Shown here: one piece after another, positions 35,401 to 47,187 of the stretch | Numbering within the stretch: the stretch's first letter is position 1 | Layout: the number at the start of each line of letters is the position of its first letter | Assembly: GCA_963514005.1 (NCBI GenBank) | Contig: OY740783.1 | Location: 129,828,001 to 129,892,000 of the forward strand | From: Raja brachyura | Taxonomy: Eukaryota | Length of the DNA stretch: 64,000 bases | Reading direction: 5' to 3' | Notes under the pieces: model-generated | Database searches by the model: none | Seen by the model: the letters and a program-made list of their open reading frames with translations, nothing else | What the model was told of the DNA's origin: nothing | Made by a program: the position numbers and the translations under genes

Positions 35401-36204
35401 TCCTTATCCTTTAATATCTGGGGATTAAATCTCCAAGTAGTCGTTTTATTAAGTATATCTTTTAGTTTTATCTTGAATGTTAGTGGCGCATGATCTGAAA
35501 TAATAATATTATGATATTTTGCGTCATACGTAAAAGGTAGTAATTTTGAATCTATTAAAAAATAATCTATCCTAGAATAGGTTCCATATACGGGCGAAAA
35601 AAACGAGTATTCTCGTCCGGATGGATTATCTAGTCTCCAAATATCCTTAACATTCGATGTATTAATAAAAGAATTTATAAGTTTACTTGAATTAGAGGTA
35701 GCTTTCCTTTTTGTAGAAGACCTGTCTAGGTAGCTATCTAAGGTGCAATTAAAATCACCCCCAATAACTAAATTATATTGAGTGGAAATAGGAATATTAT
35801 TAAATATTTTCTTAAAAAATAGTGGGTTATCAAAATTAGGGGCATATATATTCACCAAAATTATTTTCTGTGAATATAATTCCCCTGTAATTATTACATA
35901 TCTACCCTCTTTGTCCTCTATTATAGAACTTTGTTTAAAAGGTATACCTTTACGGATAATTATTGCAACTCCTCTAGATTTGTGTATAAATGAAGAGTGA
36001 TATACCTTGGAAATCCATTTTGCTGTTAATCTATGTTGAGCATCTCTTTTAAGATGAGTCTCTTGAAGGAAGATCACGTCTGATTTCAATCTGTTCAACT
36101 GTGCTAGCACCTTTCCCCTTTTAATTGGTTCGTTAATTCCCTTAACATTCCAACTACAGAAGGTAATTCCACCCCCCCCCAGTCTTCACATTCATGTCTT
36201 GCAT
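32418..36204 (-). pseudogene. L1 ORF2 (APE endonuclease, RT, C-terminal Cys domain), disrupted
   Basis: SWNVKG, FLQETH, GGDFN, SRIDY, SDH; DAEKAFD, RQGCPLSP, YADD. In-frame TAA at 34062-34064 and 33684-33686; frameshift in the G-run at 36172-36180 near the start. Confidence 0.92.
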
Positions 36205-36813
36205 TTTACTGTTAGGGTGGTTTTTTTTGGAGTAGCCTTCTCGACCCCTCCAGCCCAGCGGTATACCCAAACGCCAACCCGATGAGAATTTCTATCCTCA
36301 GTAATCCATATACATATCTTCTTAAAGCAATTATACAATATCGCTCATAACTACATTCATATAATATATAACATAAAATCAAATATTTAATATATAAGAA
36401 AAAATACAAAGTGTAATTAAAAAAAGAGAAAAGGGTGTTAACAGGGTGCCCAGAAAAAAAAGAAACTACACTGATATATTGTGTAGTGTGCATTAGTGAG
36501 AGCCACACTAGCGTGGCTATTAATCTACTGACTTCCGTTTTTTAAAAAAAAGATGTTAAATGTTCCAGCTCCTGTCTATAATGCTGTGTATATTGGGGTG
36601 GGGTACTAACTTTAAGTACTTAGTAATTATTTCTATTATTCATATTACTAATTACTAGTTATTAATTTCTATTATAATTAATATTATAATAAGTAATACT
36701 ATATTAGGGGGACAATTGAAATTTTACTAATTAATACCAAACTATAACAACATGTCCATTATTGCCCCTCTTTCTCAATGAATAATTCATAACCGCAGGT
36801 CGGTGATAAAAGT

Positions 36814-37916
36814 TCATTCTTCTTCTCCTTCCTCGCTTGCTTCTTCTTCTGCTTCCTCTTCTGCCTTCTTCTGTATGTCTCGAGCGAATTCCAGTGCTTT
36901 GGTATGCTTAACAAAACGGTATTCCTTGTTGTCGTAGGTCACTCTCAATGTTGCTGGGTACATCAGACCATATCTGAGATCCTTTATATCCTTTATATTC
37001 CGAAGAATACCTCTTGTTTCTGTGAATAAAGATCTTCTCTTAGCCACTTCAGCCGGGTAATCTCTGAAGATACTGATGTTATCTCCTTCGTATTTCAAAT
37101 TCCTCTTTCTTATTATTATCTTCATCATTTCTTCAAAGACATGATCGTGGGCCACCTTTACAATCATTTGTCTTGGCGGTGCACCTTTCCCAGGGACACG
37201 TCTTAAAGCCCTGTGAGCACGGCCCAACAGGGGTTCTTGATCCAAATCCAGAATGTCCTTTAGGAGTTTTGCAGCAAATTTTCGCGGGTCTTGATTTCCT
37301 TCCCGCCCCTCGGTCAATCCTACGATACGCAAATTCTTACGTCTTTGTCGTCCCTCCAGATCAATACATTTCTCGTTTATTTTATGTAGTAGCTCTGAGA
37401 GACATTTATTCTCGTCGCGTAGCTTCTCACTTTCCTTAGCACTTGTTACAGCAAAGTTAGTCAATTCTTTAATTGCATCATTGTGTTGGTCAAGTAAGAT
37501 TGAGATAGGATCTATCTTCGCATCCAGCATTTGTTCCGTCTCAGCAATCTTGTCGTTTACCTCAGCCATCCGGTTTTGAAACTCAGCATCCGCCTTTATT
37601 TTCCATTCATTCATCATAATCTTTACCGTTTCTGTAGCTTCTTTTTTTAGTTCTTCTTTAATTCTCTCTTGAGACTCCTGGATATCCGTTCTTAACAGTT
37701 TTATTTCATCTTTGTATTCCTTCTTCAAATCTTTCATTTCTTTCATCAGTTTCTTCATTTCACCAAGCAAAGAATTTTTAAGTTCTTCCATTTCACTTTT
37801 TCTTTGTGAAATCTCTTCCTGGGAGGCAGCCAAACTCAAGCCCGAGGCTTTGAGGCCTGCCTCCCTTCTTGGACCTTTTTTTGTCGCGGGGGGGGGGGGG
37901 GGGAGGAGGAATGCAT
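36814..37916 (-). CDS. L1 ORF1 (coiled coil + RRM/CTD)
   Basis: ORF 36814-37839 contains DLEGRQRRKNLRIVGL.E, RAHRA, FRDY and YPATLRV. The likely ATG at about 37916 is out of frame across a 16-nt homopolymer. Confidence 0.88.
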
Positions 37917-38648
37917 TTTGAATTTCTTACCGAAGTCGCGCGCCTGATGACATCACGCAGCTTGCAATTGCACCGGAGCCGTTTAGAATCGCTCTCCTGC
38001 GGTAAGTACCCCCGATTTTTTTCAGATTTTTGTGGAGCTGATCTGGCGCTGTTCTCTCTCAGAACATGGCGCCACCGGAAGTCCCCTCCCTGCAAGGATT
38101 CTATGATGTGGAACTCAGTGCAACAGACGGTGATGGAGGCCAAGTCATTGGCTATTTTTAAGGCGGAGATCGACAGTTTCTTGATTAGTGAGGGTGCCAA
38201 AGGTTATGGGGAGAAGGCAGGAGAATGGGATTCAGAGGGAAAGATAGTTCAGCCATGATTGAATGGTGCAGTAGCCTCGATGGGCCAAATGGCCTAATTC
38301 TGCTTCTATCACATGAAATTATGATACTCATGAGAGGAATACATTGCGTAAATGCAGTCTTTTACCCCAACTGGGGAATCAAGGACCAGAGGATGTAGGT
38401 TTAAGTTGAGAGGGGAAGGACTTAATAGGAATCTGTGGGGAAATTTTTATACATAGAGGGTGCTGGGTGTGTGGAACGAGCTGCCAGAGGAGGTAGCTAC
38501 TATCATAATGTTTAAAAAAACATTTGCACAGGTACATGGATAGGAAAGGTGGGACTAGTGTAGATGGGGCATGTTGGTTGGTGTGGGCAAGTTGGGCCGA
38601 AGGGCCTGTTTCCAGTCTGTATCATTCTAAGACTGATTGGTGTTACAG

Positions 38649-38687
38649 AGCTTGACAATAATGTGGTGTCCAACAGTGGCGAGGCAG
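38649..38687 (+). CDS. Candidate cytoplasmic micro-exon (ELDNNVVSNSGEA)
   Basis: TTACAG acceptor, CAG|GTGAG donor, 39 nt, phase 1-1, in a unique-sequence island. Confidence 0.45.
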
Positions 38688-39164
38688 GTGAGCATTAGCA
38701 CCTTATTTTGGGTCGGAGCCGTGATCTAATTTGTGTTCCAAGTTTGGTCGGCCAACCCAGAGGATATCTTGTTTTGGTTTAAGAAGCTGAAAATCCCCCC
38801 AAACGGTGACTTCATCGGTTCCAGGAGCAGGAATAAGCCATTCAGCCCATCAAGTCTACTTCGCCATTCAATCATTCCCTCTCTTCATTCCAACATTCCA
38901 TTCGTTCCCTCTCATTGATTGACAAGATTGAAAAGACTGGGCTTGTATTCACTGGAGTTTAGAAGGATGAGGGGGTTCCCGGAGGATTTTTCAATTTTTT
39001 TAAATAATCGGCGGAACATAGAAGAAGCGGAAACCACTTTCGACCATTAGGGAGACTGACAAAAACCTTCGGGAACCGCACGGAAACCTTGGGTGGGGCG
39101 CAAAGTCTCCAGAGGTTTCCGTTCAGGTTTCCAAAGTGGGACAGGGGCATTATACAGTGGTATT

Positions 39165-39410
39165 GTAGTTTTGTTTAGTTTAGAGATACAGCGCGAAACC
39201 AGGCCCTTCAGCCGACTGGGTCCGCGCAGACCAGCGATCCCCACACATTAACACCATCCTACACACACCAGGTGCCATTTTTTAACATTTACCAAGCCAA
39301 TTAACCTACAAACCTGTACGTCTTTGGAGTGTGGGAGGAAACTGAAGATCTCGGAGGAATCCTATGCAGGGAAGAACGTACAAACTCCGTACAGACAGCT
39401 CCTGTAGTCA
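39165..39410 (-). mobile_element. V-SINE
   Basis: Reverse-complement SINE core and tail. Confidence 0.8.
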
Positions 39411-39488
39411 GGCTCACCCTCTGACGCATGTCTCTTTCCATTCATGTGTGTGCCTGTAAATGACTGTCAAGATTTCACTTATTCACAG

Positions 39489-39506
39489 GAACAGCAATCA
39501 GCTCAG
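39489..39506 (+). CDS. Candidate micro-exon (GTAISS)
   Basis: TTCACTTATTCACAG acceptor, CAG|GTAAAG donor, 18 nt, phase 1-1. Confidence 0.4.
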
Positions 39507-39742
39507 GTAAAGTGTTGGTACAAGGAACTGCAGATGCTGGTTTACAAACAAGTGCTGGATTAACTCAGCGGGTCAGGCGTCATCCCTGGAGAACGTTCCC
39601 CTTCACCTTCAACCTATGTCCAATGGTCCTTGATTCACCAACTCTGGGCAAGAGACTACCCAATCTATTCCTCGCAACACCAATACCCACATCCCTCACA
39701 GTTCGACTGGTTGACTAATGGCACATTCTCCTTTACTTCCAG

Positions 39743-39772
39743 GTGAGCAGAAACCTGAAGCTGCAAATTCAG
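39743..39772 (+). CDS. Candidate micro-exon (GEQKPEAANS)
   Basis: TTCTCCTTTACTTCCAG acceptor, CAG|GTGAAA donor, 30 nt, phase 1-1. Confidence 0.42.
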
Positions 39773-39923
39773 GTGAAAATGATTCTGTTCCTACTTTGCT
39801 TTAGTTGAGTTTAGAGATACAGCGTGGAAACGGGCCCTTCCGCTCACCGTGTCCGATCCCCGCACCGACCAGCGATCCCCGCACATTAACACTACCCTAT
39901 ACTAGGGGACAATTTTGACATTA

Positions 39924-40367
39924 AGGGGCCCGTCCCACATGGCCGTAATTTGCGTGCCATTTACGCGATCTGGTAGCCTGTGGGTAACGTGGGACGGGCG
40001 CATGGAGTGACGTGGAGGAGTATGGATCCGGATCCGCCCCCATTCCTACTCCCAGAGCGGGGTCAAGACGATTGAAGATCGACACAAAATGCAGGAGTAA
40101 ATCAGTGGGACCGGCAGCATCTCTGGAGAGAAGGAATGGGTGACGTTTTGGGTAGAGACCCTTCTTCAGACTGAAAAAGAGTCTCGGCCCGAAACATCAT
40201 TCATTCCTTCTCTCCAAAGATAATGCTGGTCCCGCTGAGTTACTCCTGCATTTTGTGTCTATCTTCAAATGACGTCACGCGCTCCAGACGGATGTGCGGG
40301 CACATGATCACGTGCGTCAGTCACTACCAGCCTGTCGATTAAATGACGGCCAAGTGGGACAGGTCCT
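39924..40367. mobile_element. Harbinger-type MITE inside a minus-strand V-SINE, carrying a palindromic Penelope-derived core
   Basis: TIRs AGGGGCCCGTCCCAC / GTGGGACAGGTCCT; TTA on both flanks; internal hairpin at 40072-40268. Confidence 0.72.
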
Positions 40368-40519
40368 TTAGACCAAGCCAGTTAACCTACAAACCTGTAC
40401 GTCTTTGGAGTGTGGGAGGAAACCGAAAATGTCAGAGAAAACCAATGCAGGTCACGGGGAGAATGTAGAAACTCCGTACAGACAGCACCCATAGTCGAGA
40501 TCGAACCCGGGTCTCGAAT

Positions 40520-42530
40520 CCATTCAGCCCTTCGAGCCATTCAATATGATCATGGCTGATTATTCAAAATCAGTACCCCGTTCCTGTTTTCTCCCCATAT
40601 ACCTTGATTCCATTAGCCCTAAGAGCTATATCTGACTCTCTCTTGAATACATCCAGTGAATTGGCCTCCACCGCCTTCTATGGCAGAGAATTCCATAGAT
40701 TCACAACTCTCTGGGTGAAAAAGCTTTTCATCTCAGTCCAAAATAGCCAACCCCTTATTCAAGCTAATACAAGCCCAGTCGACCCATTCTTTGACATGTC
40801 TGTCCCACAATCCCGGAAATTAATCTGGTGAACCTAAACTGCACCCCCTCAATAGCAAGAATGTCCTTCCTCAAATTAGGAGACCAAAATTGCACACAAA
40901 ACTCCAAGTGCGGTCTCACCTGGGTCCTGCACAACTGCAGTAAGACCTCCTTGCTCCTAAACTCAAATCCTCTCTCAATGAAGGCCCACATGCCAGTAGC
41001 TTTCTCCACTGCCTGCTGTACCTGCATGCTTACTTTCAGTGACTGATGTACAAGAACACCCAAGTCTCGTTGCACCTCTCCTTTCCCTAACCTGGCACCA
41101 TTCTGATAATAATCTGTGTTCCTGTTTTTGCCACCAAAGTAGATAACCTAACATTTATCCACATTATACTGCATCACTCAACCTATCCAAGTCACCCTGA
41201 AGCCTCAAAGCATCTTCCTCGCAGCTCACACTGCCACCCAGATTTGTGTCATCCACAAATTTGGAGATGTCACATTTAATTCCCTCGTCTAAATCGTTAA
41301 TATATATTGTAAATAACAGGGGTCCCAGCACTGAGTCTTGCGGCACCCCACTAGTCACTGCTGCCATTCTGAAAAGGACCCGTTAATTCCTACCCTTTGC
41401 TTCCTGTCTGCCAACCAGTTCTGTATCCATGTCAATACCCTACCCCCAATACCATGTGCTCCCAATTTTGCACACTAATCTCTTGTGTGCGACCTTGTCA
41501 AAGGCTTTTTGAAAGTCCAGAATCACCACATCCACTGGCTCTCCCTTATCCATTCTACTTGTTACATCCTCAAAAAATTCCATAAGATTAGTCAAGCATA
41601 ATTTCCCCTTCATAAATCCATAATAACTTTGACCGATCCTGTCACTGCTTTCCAAATGCGCTGCTATAACATCTTTATAATCGACTCCAGCATCTTCCCC
41701 ACTACCGATGTAAGGCTAACTGGTCTATAATTCCCCGTTTTCTCTCTCCCTCCTTTCTTAAAAAGTGGAGTTACATTGGCTACCCTCCAGTCCACAGAAA
41801 CTGACCCAGTCGAGAGAACATTGGAAAATGATCACCAATGCATCCACGATTTCTAGGGCCACCTCCTTGAGTACTCTGGGATGCAGACCATCAGATGCTG
41901 GGGATTTATCTGTCTTCAGTCCCAACAGTTTTACCTTACACAATTTCCTGACTAATGTGGATTCCCTTCAGATCCTCCCTCCCACTAGATCCTCTGTTCC
42001 CTAGTATTTCTGGGAGATTGTTTGTGTCTTCCTTAGTGAAGACAGAACCAAAGTACTTGTTTAACTGGTCTGCCATTTCCTTGTTCCCCATTATAAATTC
42101 ACATTTTTTTTACTGCAAGGGACCTACATTTGTCTTCACTTATCTTTACTCTTTGCATATCTAAAGAAACTTTTAGTCAGTTTTAAATTCCCGCCAAGCT
42201 TTCTACCATGCTCTATTTTCCCCCATCTTAATGAACCGCTTTGTCCTCCTCTGTTGAATTCTAAAATTCTCCCAGTCCTCCTGTTTGCTGCTTCCGCTGG
42301 CCAATTTATATGCCTCTTGGATTTAACACTGTCCCTAATTTCCCTCGTTAGCCACAGTTGAGCCGTCTTTCCCATTTTATTTTTATGCCAGACAGCGATG
42401 AACAATTGTTGTCATTATCCATGCGGTCTTTAAATCTTTGCCATTGCATCTCCACCGTCAATCCTTTCAGTATCATTTGCCAGTCCATCCTAGCCAATTC
42501 CCGCCTCATAGTTACCTTTCTTCGTGTTCA
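40520..42530 (-). mobile_element. CR1 LINE ORF2, degraded
   Basis: [44 protein letters not shown]; paralogous to 10948-13000. Confidence 0.92.
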
Positions 42531-42800
42531 GGATCCTTGTCTCTGATTACTCTGATTACTCAGTAAACTGTATTACTCTCCATCTTAATGCAGAATTGTG
42601 GTCACTGTTGCCCAAGGGGCTTTGCACTAAATGGTGTTCCCATTATTTTGTATCTGTACACTGTGGCTGGCTTGATTTATGTAGAGTATTTTTGCTGACT
42701 AGATAGCACGCCACAAAAATGCTTTTCACTGCACCTTGGTACAGTACATGTGCCAATAAAATAAACTGAACATTAGCACTGTTTGGAATTGCTCCTGCAG

Positions 42801-42841
42801 ACACTGTGAACCCATCATCAGCTGGTCAAAACCTCATACAG
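42801..42841 (+). CDS. Candidate micro-exon (DTVNPSSAGQNLIQ), phase 1 to 0
   Basis: TTGCTCCTGCAG acceptor, CAG|GTAGTG donor (weak). Confidence 0.3.
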
Positions 42842-44127
42842 GTAGTGTTATGTTCCAATGCCATAGTTGTGTTTGTAAGAAACATTCCATTATCGAAAAT
42901 CATGTTACAAAGATAACAAAGGACAAAGGACATTTATTGTCACTTAAACCAATTGGTGTAGTAAAATTTGAGTTGCCATTTGCAACACACCAATAAAAAT
43001 AAAACACAGCATTAAAGAATTTAACATTAAACATAAAAACATCCCCCCACAATGGTTCCCACTGTGAGGGAAGGCGGCAAAGTCCAGTCCTCTTCCTCTT
43101 GTTCCATGTCAATGACAGCTTCAAATGTTAATAACAACATTATTTTTCCTGCAAGATTTAAGAAAATAAATATTTTCAATAACAGTAAGGTTATTTTTAT
43201 TACTGCGAGCTAACAATACTAAAGTATCACATTGTTTAAAAGGGTATCATTGCACAAGTGTCAATGGAAGCGATTGCTTGTCAATTTCTATGTCCTCCCA
43301 CGGTGAAACGGACAGACTGTGTTCTTAAGTGGCAATTACCACAGGGAGAATACATGGAAACAGTTTTTCCCCCTTAACTTTTTTTCCCCAAGCCAGCTTT
43401 TTTTTTTGCTTTACAATTTCCAAAGTAGTGTTTAAATGGTTCTCTAGTTCTTAAAATTGCATTATAACTAATTTAGTCAGCTGAATGCGTAGTGATTCTG
43501 GTCATCGCTAATATTATATCCAATTTGTGTATTGGAACCACGCGCAGTAGCACATTCACCTGAAATAGAAACAAAACTAGAAAATGCTGGAAAAGCTCAG
43601 AACTAGTTTCTGAGGAAGGGCGCAGTTAAAGGAAAGGTTCTCTTTCCACAGATGCTGCCTGACCTGTTGAGTTTTTTTCCAGCATATTCTATTTTTGTTC
43701 CAAATTTCCAGAATCTGAAGCTATTTAGAAGAGTTTAGTTTAAAGATAACACAGATTAACACATCAACCTAATTGCCCCCATCTATGCTAATCCTACCTG
43801 CCTCCCTCTAAACCTTTCCTATCCATGTACCTAATATCTTTTATCCAAATATCTTTTAAATGTTGTTATAGTACCAGCTGCAACTAACTCTTCTGGCAAC
43901 TTGTTCCATACACCCACCAACCTCTGTGTGAAAGAATTGCCCTTCAGGGTCATATTAAACTTATGTCCTCTGGTTCTTGATTCAGAGTTGGTATTAGGAG
44001 GATGACAAATATTTTGGGACATTATTCACTTTAGACAATAGACAATAGATGCAGTAGAAGGCCATTTGGCCCTTCGAGCCGGCACTGCCATTCAATGTGA
44101 TCATGGCTGATCATCCACAATCAGTAC

Positions 44128-44420
44128 TTTAGAGATACATGTGAAAACAGGCCCTGCGGCCCACCGAGTCCGCGCTGGCCAGCGATCCCTATACACTAGC
44201 AAAGTCCTACACCCACGAGGGAAAATTTACAATTTTAACAATTGAATATACAAACCTGTATGTTTTTGGAGTGGGAGGAAACCGGAGCACCCGGAGAAAA
44301 CCCACGCGGTCACAAGGAGAACATACAAACTCCGTACAGATGGCACCCTTAGTCAGGATCGAACCTGGGTCTCTGGCGCTGTGAGGCAGCAGCTCCACCC
44401 GCTGCACTACTGTGCCGTCC
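44128..44420 (-). mobile_element. V-SINE
   Basis: Reverse-complement SINE, nearly full length. Confidence 0.85.
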
Positions 44421-44539
44421 CTGCTGTTATTTCTGTTTGTAATGTTTTATAATTAATATAACCTCCTGTGTGGGAGGGAATCGATGGGACTATGCGACTG
44501 ACAGACATAACGGAAGAGTCTTCTCCTCTGCCTCTACAG

Positions 44540-44608
44540 GTGAGAAACCCTTTGAGTGCCCGAACTGCCACGAAAGCTTTGCCAGGAACAGCACTCTGAA
44601 GTGCCACA
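44540..44608 (+). pseudogene. ZNF131: ZNF131-like zinc-finger exon, 5' part only
   Basis: TCTTCTCCTCTGCCTCTACAG acceptor, then GEKPFECPNCHESFARNSTLKCH; human ZNF131 as recalled is GEKPFECPNCHERFARNSTLKCHLTAC. Cut off by repeat sequence at about 44610. Confidence 0.8.
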
Positions 44609-45024
44609 AGAGTAACTCAGCGGTTCAGGCAGCATCTGTGGAGAACATGGAGAGGTGAAGTTTCGGGTTGGGCCCCATCTTCAGATTAATTGCAGGGGTG
44701 GGAGGAAAGAAAGCTGGAAGAGTGGAGGGCAGGACAAAGCACAGCAGGTCATAGTCAAATAAAGAAACTGCAGAGGGCAGCGAACAGTGCTGGTGAGGCA
44801 GAAGGGAGAACTCTCTCTCCCTCTCCCCCCCTCAATCTCTCTCCCCCCTCTCTCCTCCCTCTCTCTCGCCTCCATCTCTCTCTCTCCCCCATCTCTCGCC
44901 CTCCCCTTCCTCTCTCTCTCCCTCTCTCTCTGTCCAATTCACTCTCCCTCTCCCTCTCCCTCTCCCTCTCTCTCATTACCTCTCTCTCCCCCCCCCCCCC
45001 CCACCACACCCAACCTGTACAACC

Positions 45025-45580
45025 TGTGGAGAACATGGATAGGTGACGTTTCACAGAGTGCTGGAGTAACTCAGCGGGTCAGGCAGCATCTGTGGAGAAC
45101 ATGGATAGGTGACGTTTCACAGAGTGCTGGAGTAACTCAGCGGGTCAGGCAGCATCTGTGGAGAACATGGATAGGTGACGTTTCACAGAGTGCTGGAGTA
45201 ACTCAGCGGGTCAGGCAGCATCTGTGGAGAACATGGATAGGTGACGTTTCACAGAGTGCTGGAGTAACTCAGCGGGTCAGGCAGCATCTGTGGAGAACAT
45301 GGATAGGTGACGTTTCATAGAGTGCTGGAGTAACTCAGCGGGTCAGGCAGCGTCTGTGGAGAACATGGATAGGTGACGTTTCATAGAGTGCTGGAGTAAC
45401 TCAGCGGGTCAGGCAGCATCTGTGGAGAACATGGATAGGTGACGTTTCACAGAGTGCTGGAGTAACTCAGCGGGTCAGGCAGCATCTCTGGAGAACATGG
45501 ATAGGTGACGTTTCACAGAGTGCTGGAGTAACTCAGCGGGTCAGGCAGCATCTCTGGAGAACATGGATAGGTGACATTTC
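45025..45580. repeat. 66-bp tandem repeat, about 8.4 copies
   Basis: Unit TGTGGAGAACATGGATAGGTGACGTTTCACAGAGTGCTGGAGTAACTCAGCGGGTCAGGCAGCATC. Confidence 0.96.
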
Positions 45581-46192
45581 GGGTCAGGCCCCATCGTCAG
45601 ATTAATTGCAGGGGTGAGAGGACAGAAAGCTGGAAGAGTGGAGGGCAGGACAAAGCACAACAGGTCATAGGCAAATAAAGAAACTGCAGAGGCTGGTTTT
45701 TATCGAAGATAGACATGGAGTGCTGGAGCTACTTAGCGGCTCAGACGGAGATGCTATCTGACCCGCTGAATTACCAGCACTTTGTATCTATCTTAGGTGG
45801 TAGGTGAACACAGGCATGGGGATTTAATAATTACATTCCTTAGTTTAGTTTAGATATACAGCGCGAAAACAGGTCCTTTGACCCACCGAGTCCGCACCGA
45901 CCAGCGATCCCCGCCCACTAGCACGATCCTACACACTAGGGACAATTTGCAATTTTTACCAAAGCCAATTAACATATGAACCTGTCCGTCTTTGGAATGT
46001 GGGAGGACACCATTCATTGATATTACAAGGATAGTATGGCGCAACACAACTTTGGATTTAAATCTAATTACAGGTTGGGTGAGGTGGGTGGGGAAGGATG
46101 AGAGGCAGGTATATCACCACTTTTTGCTCTGTTTTTCTTTTTGTCCATTTATTTATTTTTTCTATTCCTCTCTTCTTTCTTTCTTTTATTCA

Positions 46193-46345
46193 CTCGGCGA
46201 GCTGCGGCAACATGTGATGGAGAAGCACGGGGAGTCCGAGCCAGCAGCGGCTGAGGACGAGCTGACCGAGATCGTGGTGCCGGTGGTGATGATCGACACT
46301 GAGGCCATGGAGGGCGAGACCATCATCGAGCAGGTGACGGTGTAG
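46193..46345 (+). pseudogene. ZNF131: ZNF131-like terminal coding fragment (last half-finger + acidic tail + stop)
   Basis: LGELRQHVMEKHGESE...TEAMEGETIIEQVTV*, versus recalled human GNELRRHLSDAHNISE...TEPVTSMTIIEQV. High GC3 codon usage contrasts with the flanks. Confidence 0.68.
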
Positions 46346-47073
46346 CTGACTCCCCACTGCCCGCGTTTGAGGGGGAGTAGGGCATTTGGTGCGAGGCTTT
46401 GGGCAGGGGACGGTCGGACCCTTCAACGCCCAGCCCGACCGACCAGGGCAGAGAACAGCGGGCCGCGTCTCCCTCCCCACCCGCTTCTTTGGACTTCTTT
46501 CGACAAACCGGCGGTCGGCTGAGGCGGAATGCAATCAAAGTCTCCGTGCCTCCTGTGCGTTAAGGAGATGTTGGAGCAGCCGAGGGTGGGATGTCCCCTC
46601 TCCGACCAGCCGGCATCGCTCGGCACATGAACTCCACCGGCACAAAGGCCGCCGCCGGGAATGGAAAAGAAACAGCAACAGCAATGTGGTTTTTGTTGGC
46701 CGGCAGCAGAACGATCGAGCCCCTTGCACTGGGAGCCATCGCCCGCGGATTAACACCGTACACACTGCTGGCGGGCGGGCGGGTTTGTGCCACTGAAGCA
46801 CCACTGGGCATCCATCCCGTGTTGAACTGTTGGGCTTGAGATCTAGGGCCTTTTGCCACTGCCTGAGGCTTCATCAAAGCCAGTCTGCGCTATCAGGTGG
46901 CCGTGCCCTGAAGCGGTGATTCCCCTGGACTGTATGACATCGGGGGAGTGGGATGTCGGACACATCGCAGAAAGGACTGCACTTCTACTGGAGTTCCAGT
47001 CGCCACCTCCTTGTGACTTCTTGTAAATGTGCGTAGAGAATGCAGGGCGGTTTAATCCACTTACAGGCACGTA

Positions 47074-47079
47074 AATAAA
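47074..47079 (+). promoter_or_regulatory. Candidate polyadenylation signal
   Basis: AATAAA about 730 nt after the stop at 46345, ending a non-repetitive UTR-like stretch. Confidence 0.5.
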
Positions 47080-47187
47080 AAACACTGTCTGATTCTGTAG
47101 AATCCAGTGCGCTACGTCTTTGATTTGACAGCGTTTTCCCACAGATCCTCCAGCTCAGCGACCATCCGCTGCCACCGCCCAGCTCTT

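Larger units (their letters stand above)
32005..38086 (-). mobile_element. Full-length L1-clade LINE, about 6.1 kb
   Basis: TSD TCCCTGCAAGGATTC at 31990-32004 and 38087-38101; poly(A) tail; 5' end GGGGACTTCCGG; ORF1 and ORF2 both present. Confidence 0.96.

Noticed and set aside
45025-45580. CRISPR-like array
   Set aside because: Head-to-tail units with no unique spacers; eukaryotic context; no cas genes.
44470-46345. Intact ZNF131 gene
   Set aside because: Both pieces are truncated mid-finger, and the BTB and remaining finger exons are absent from the window.
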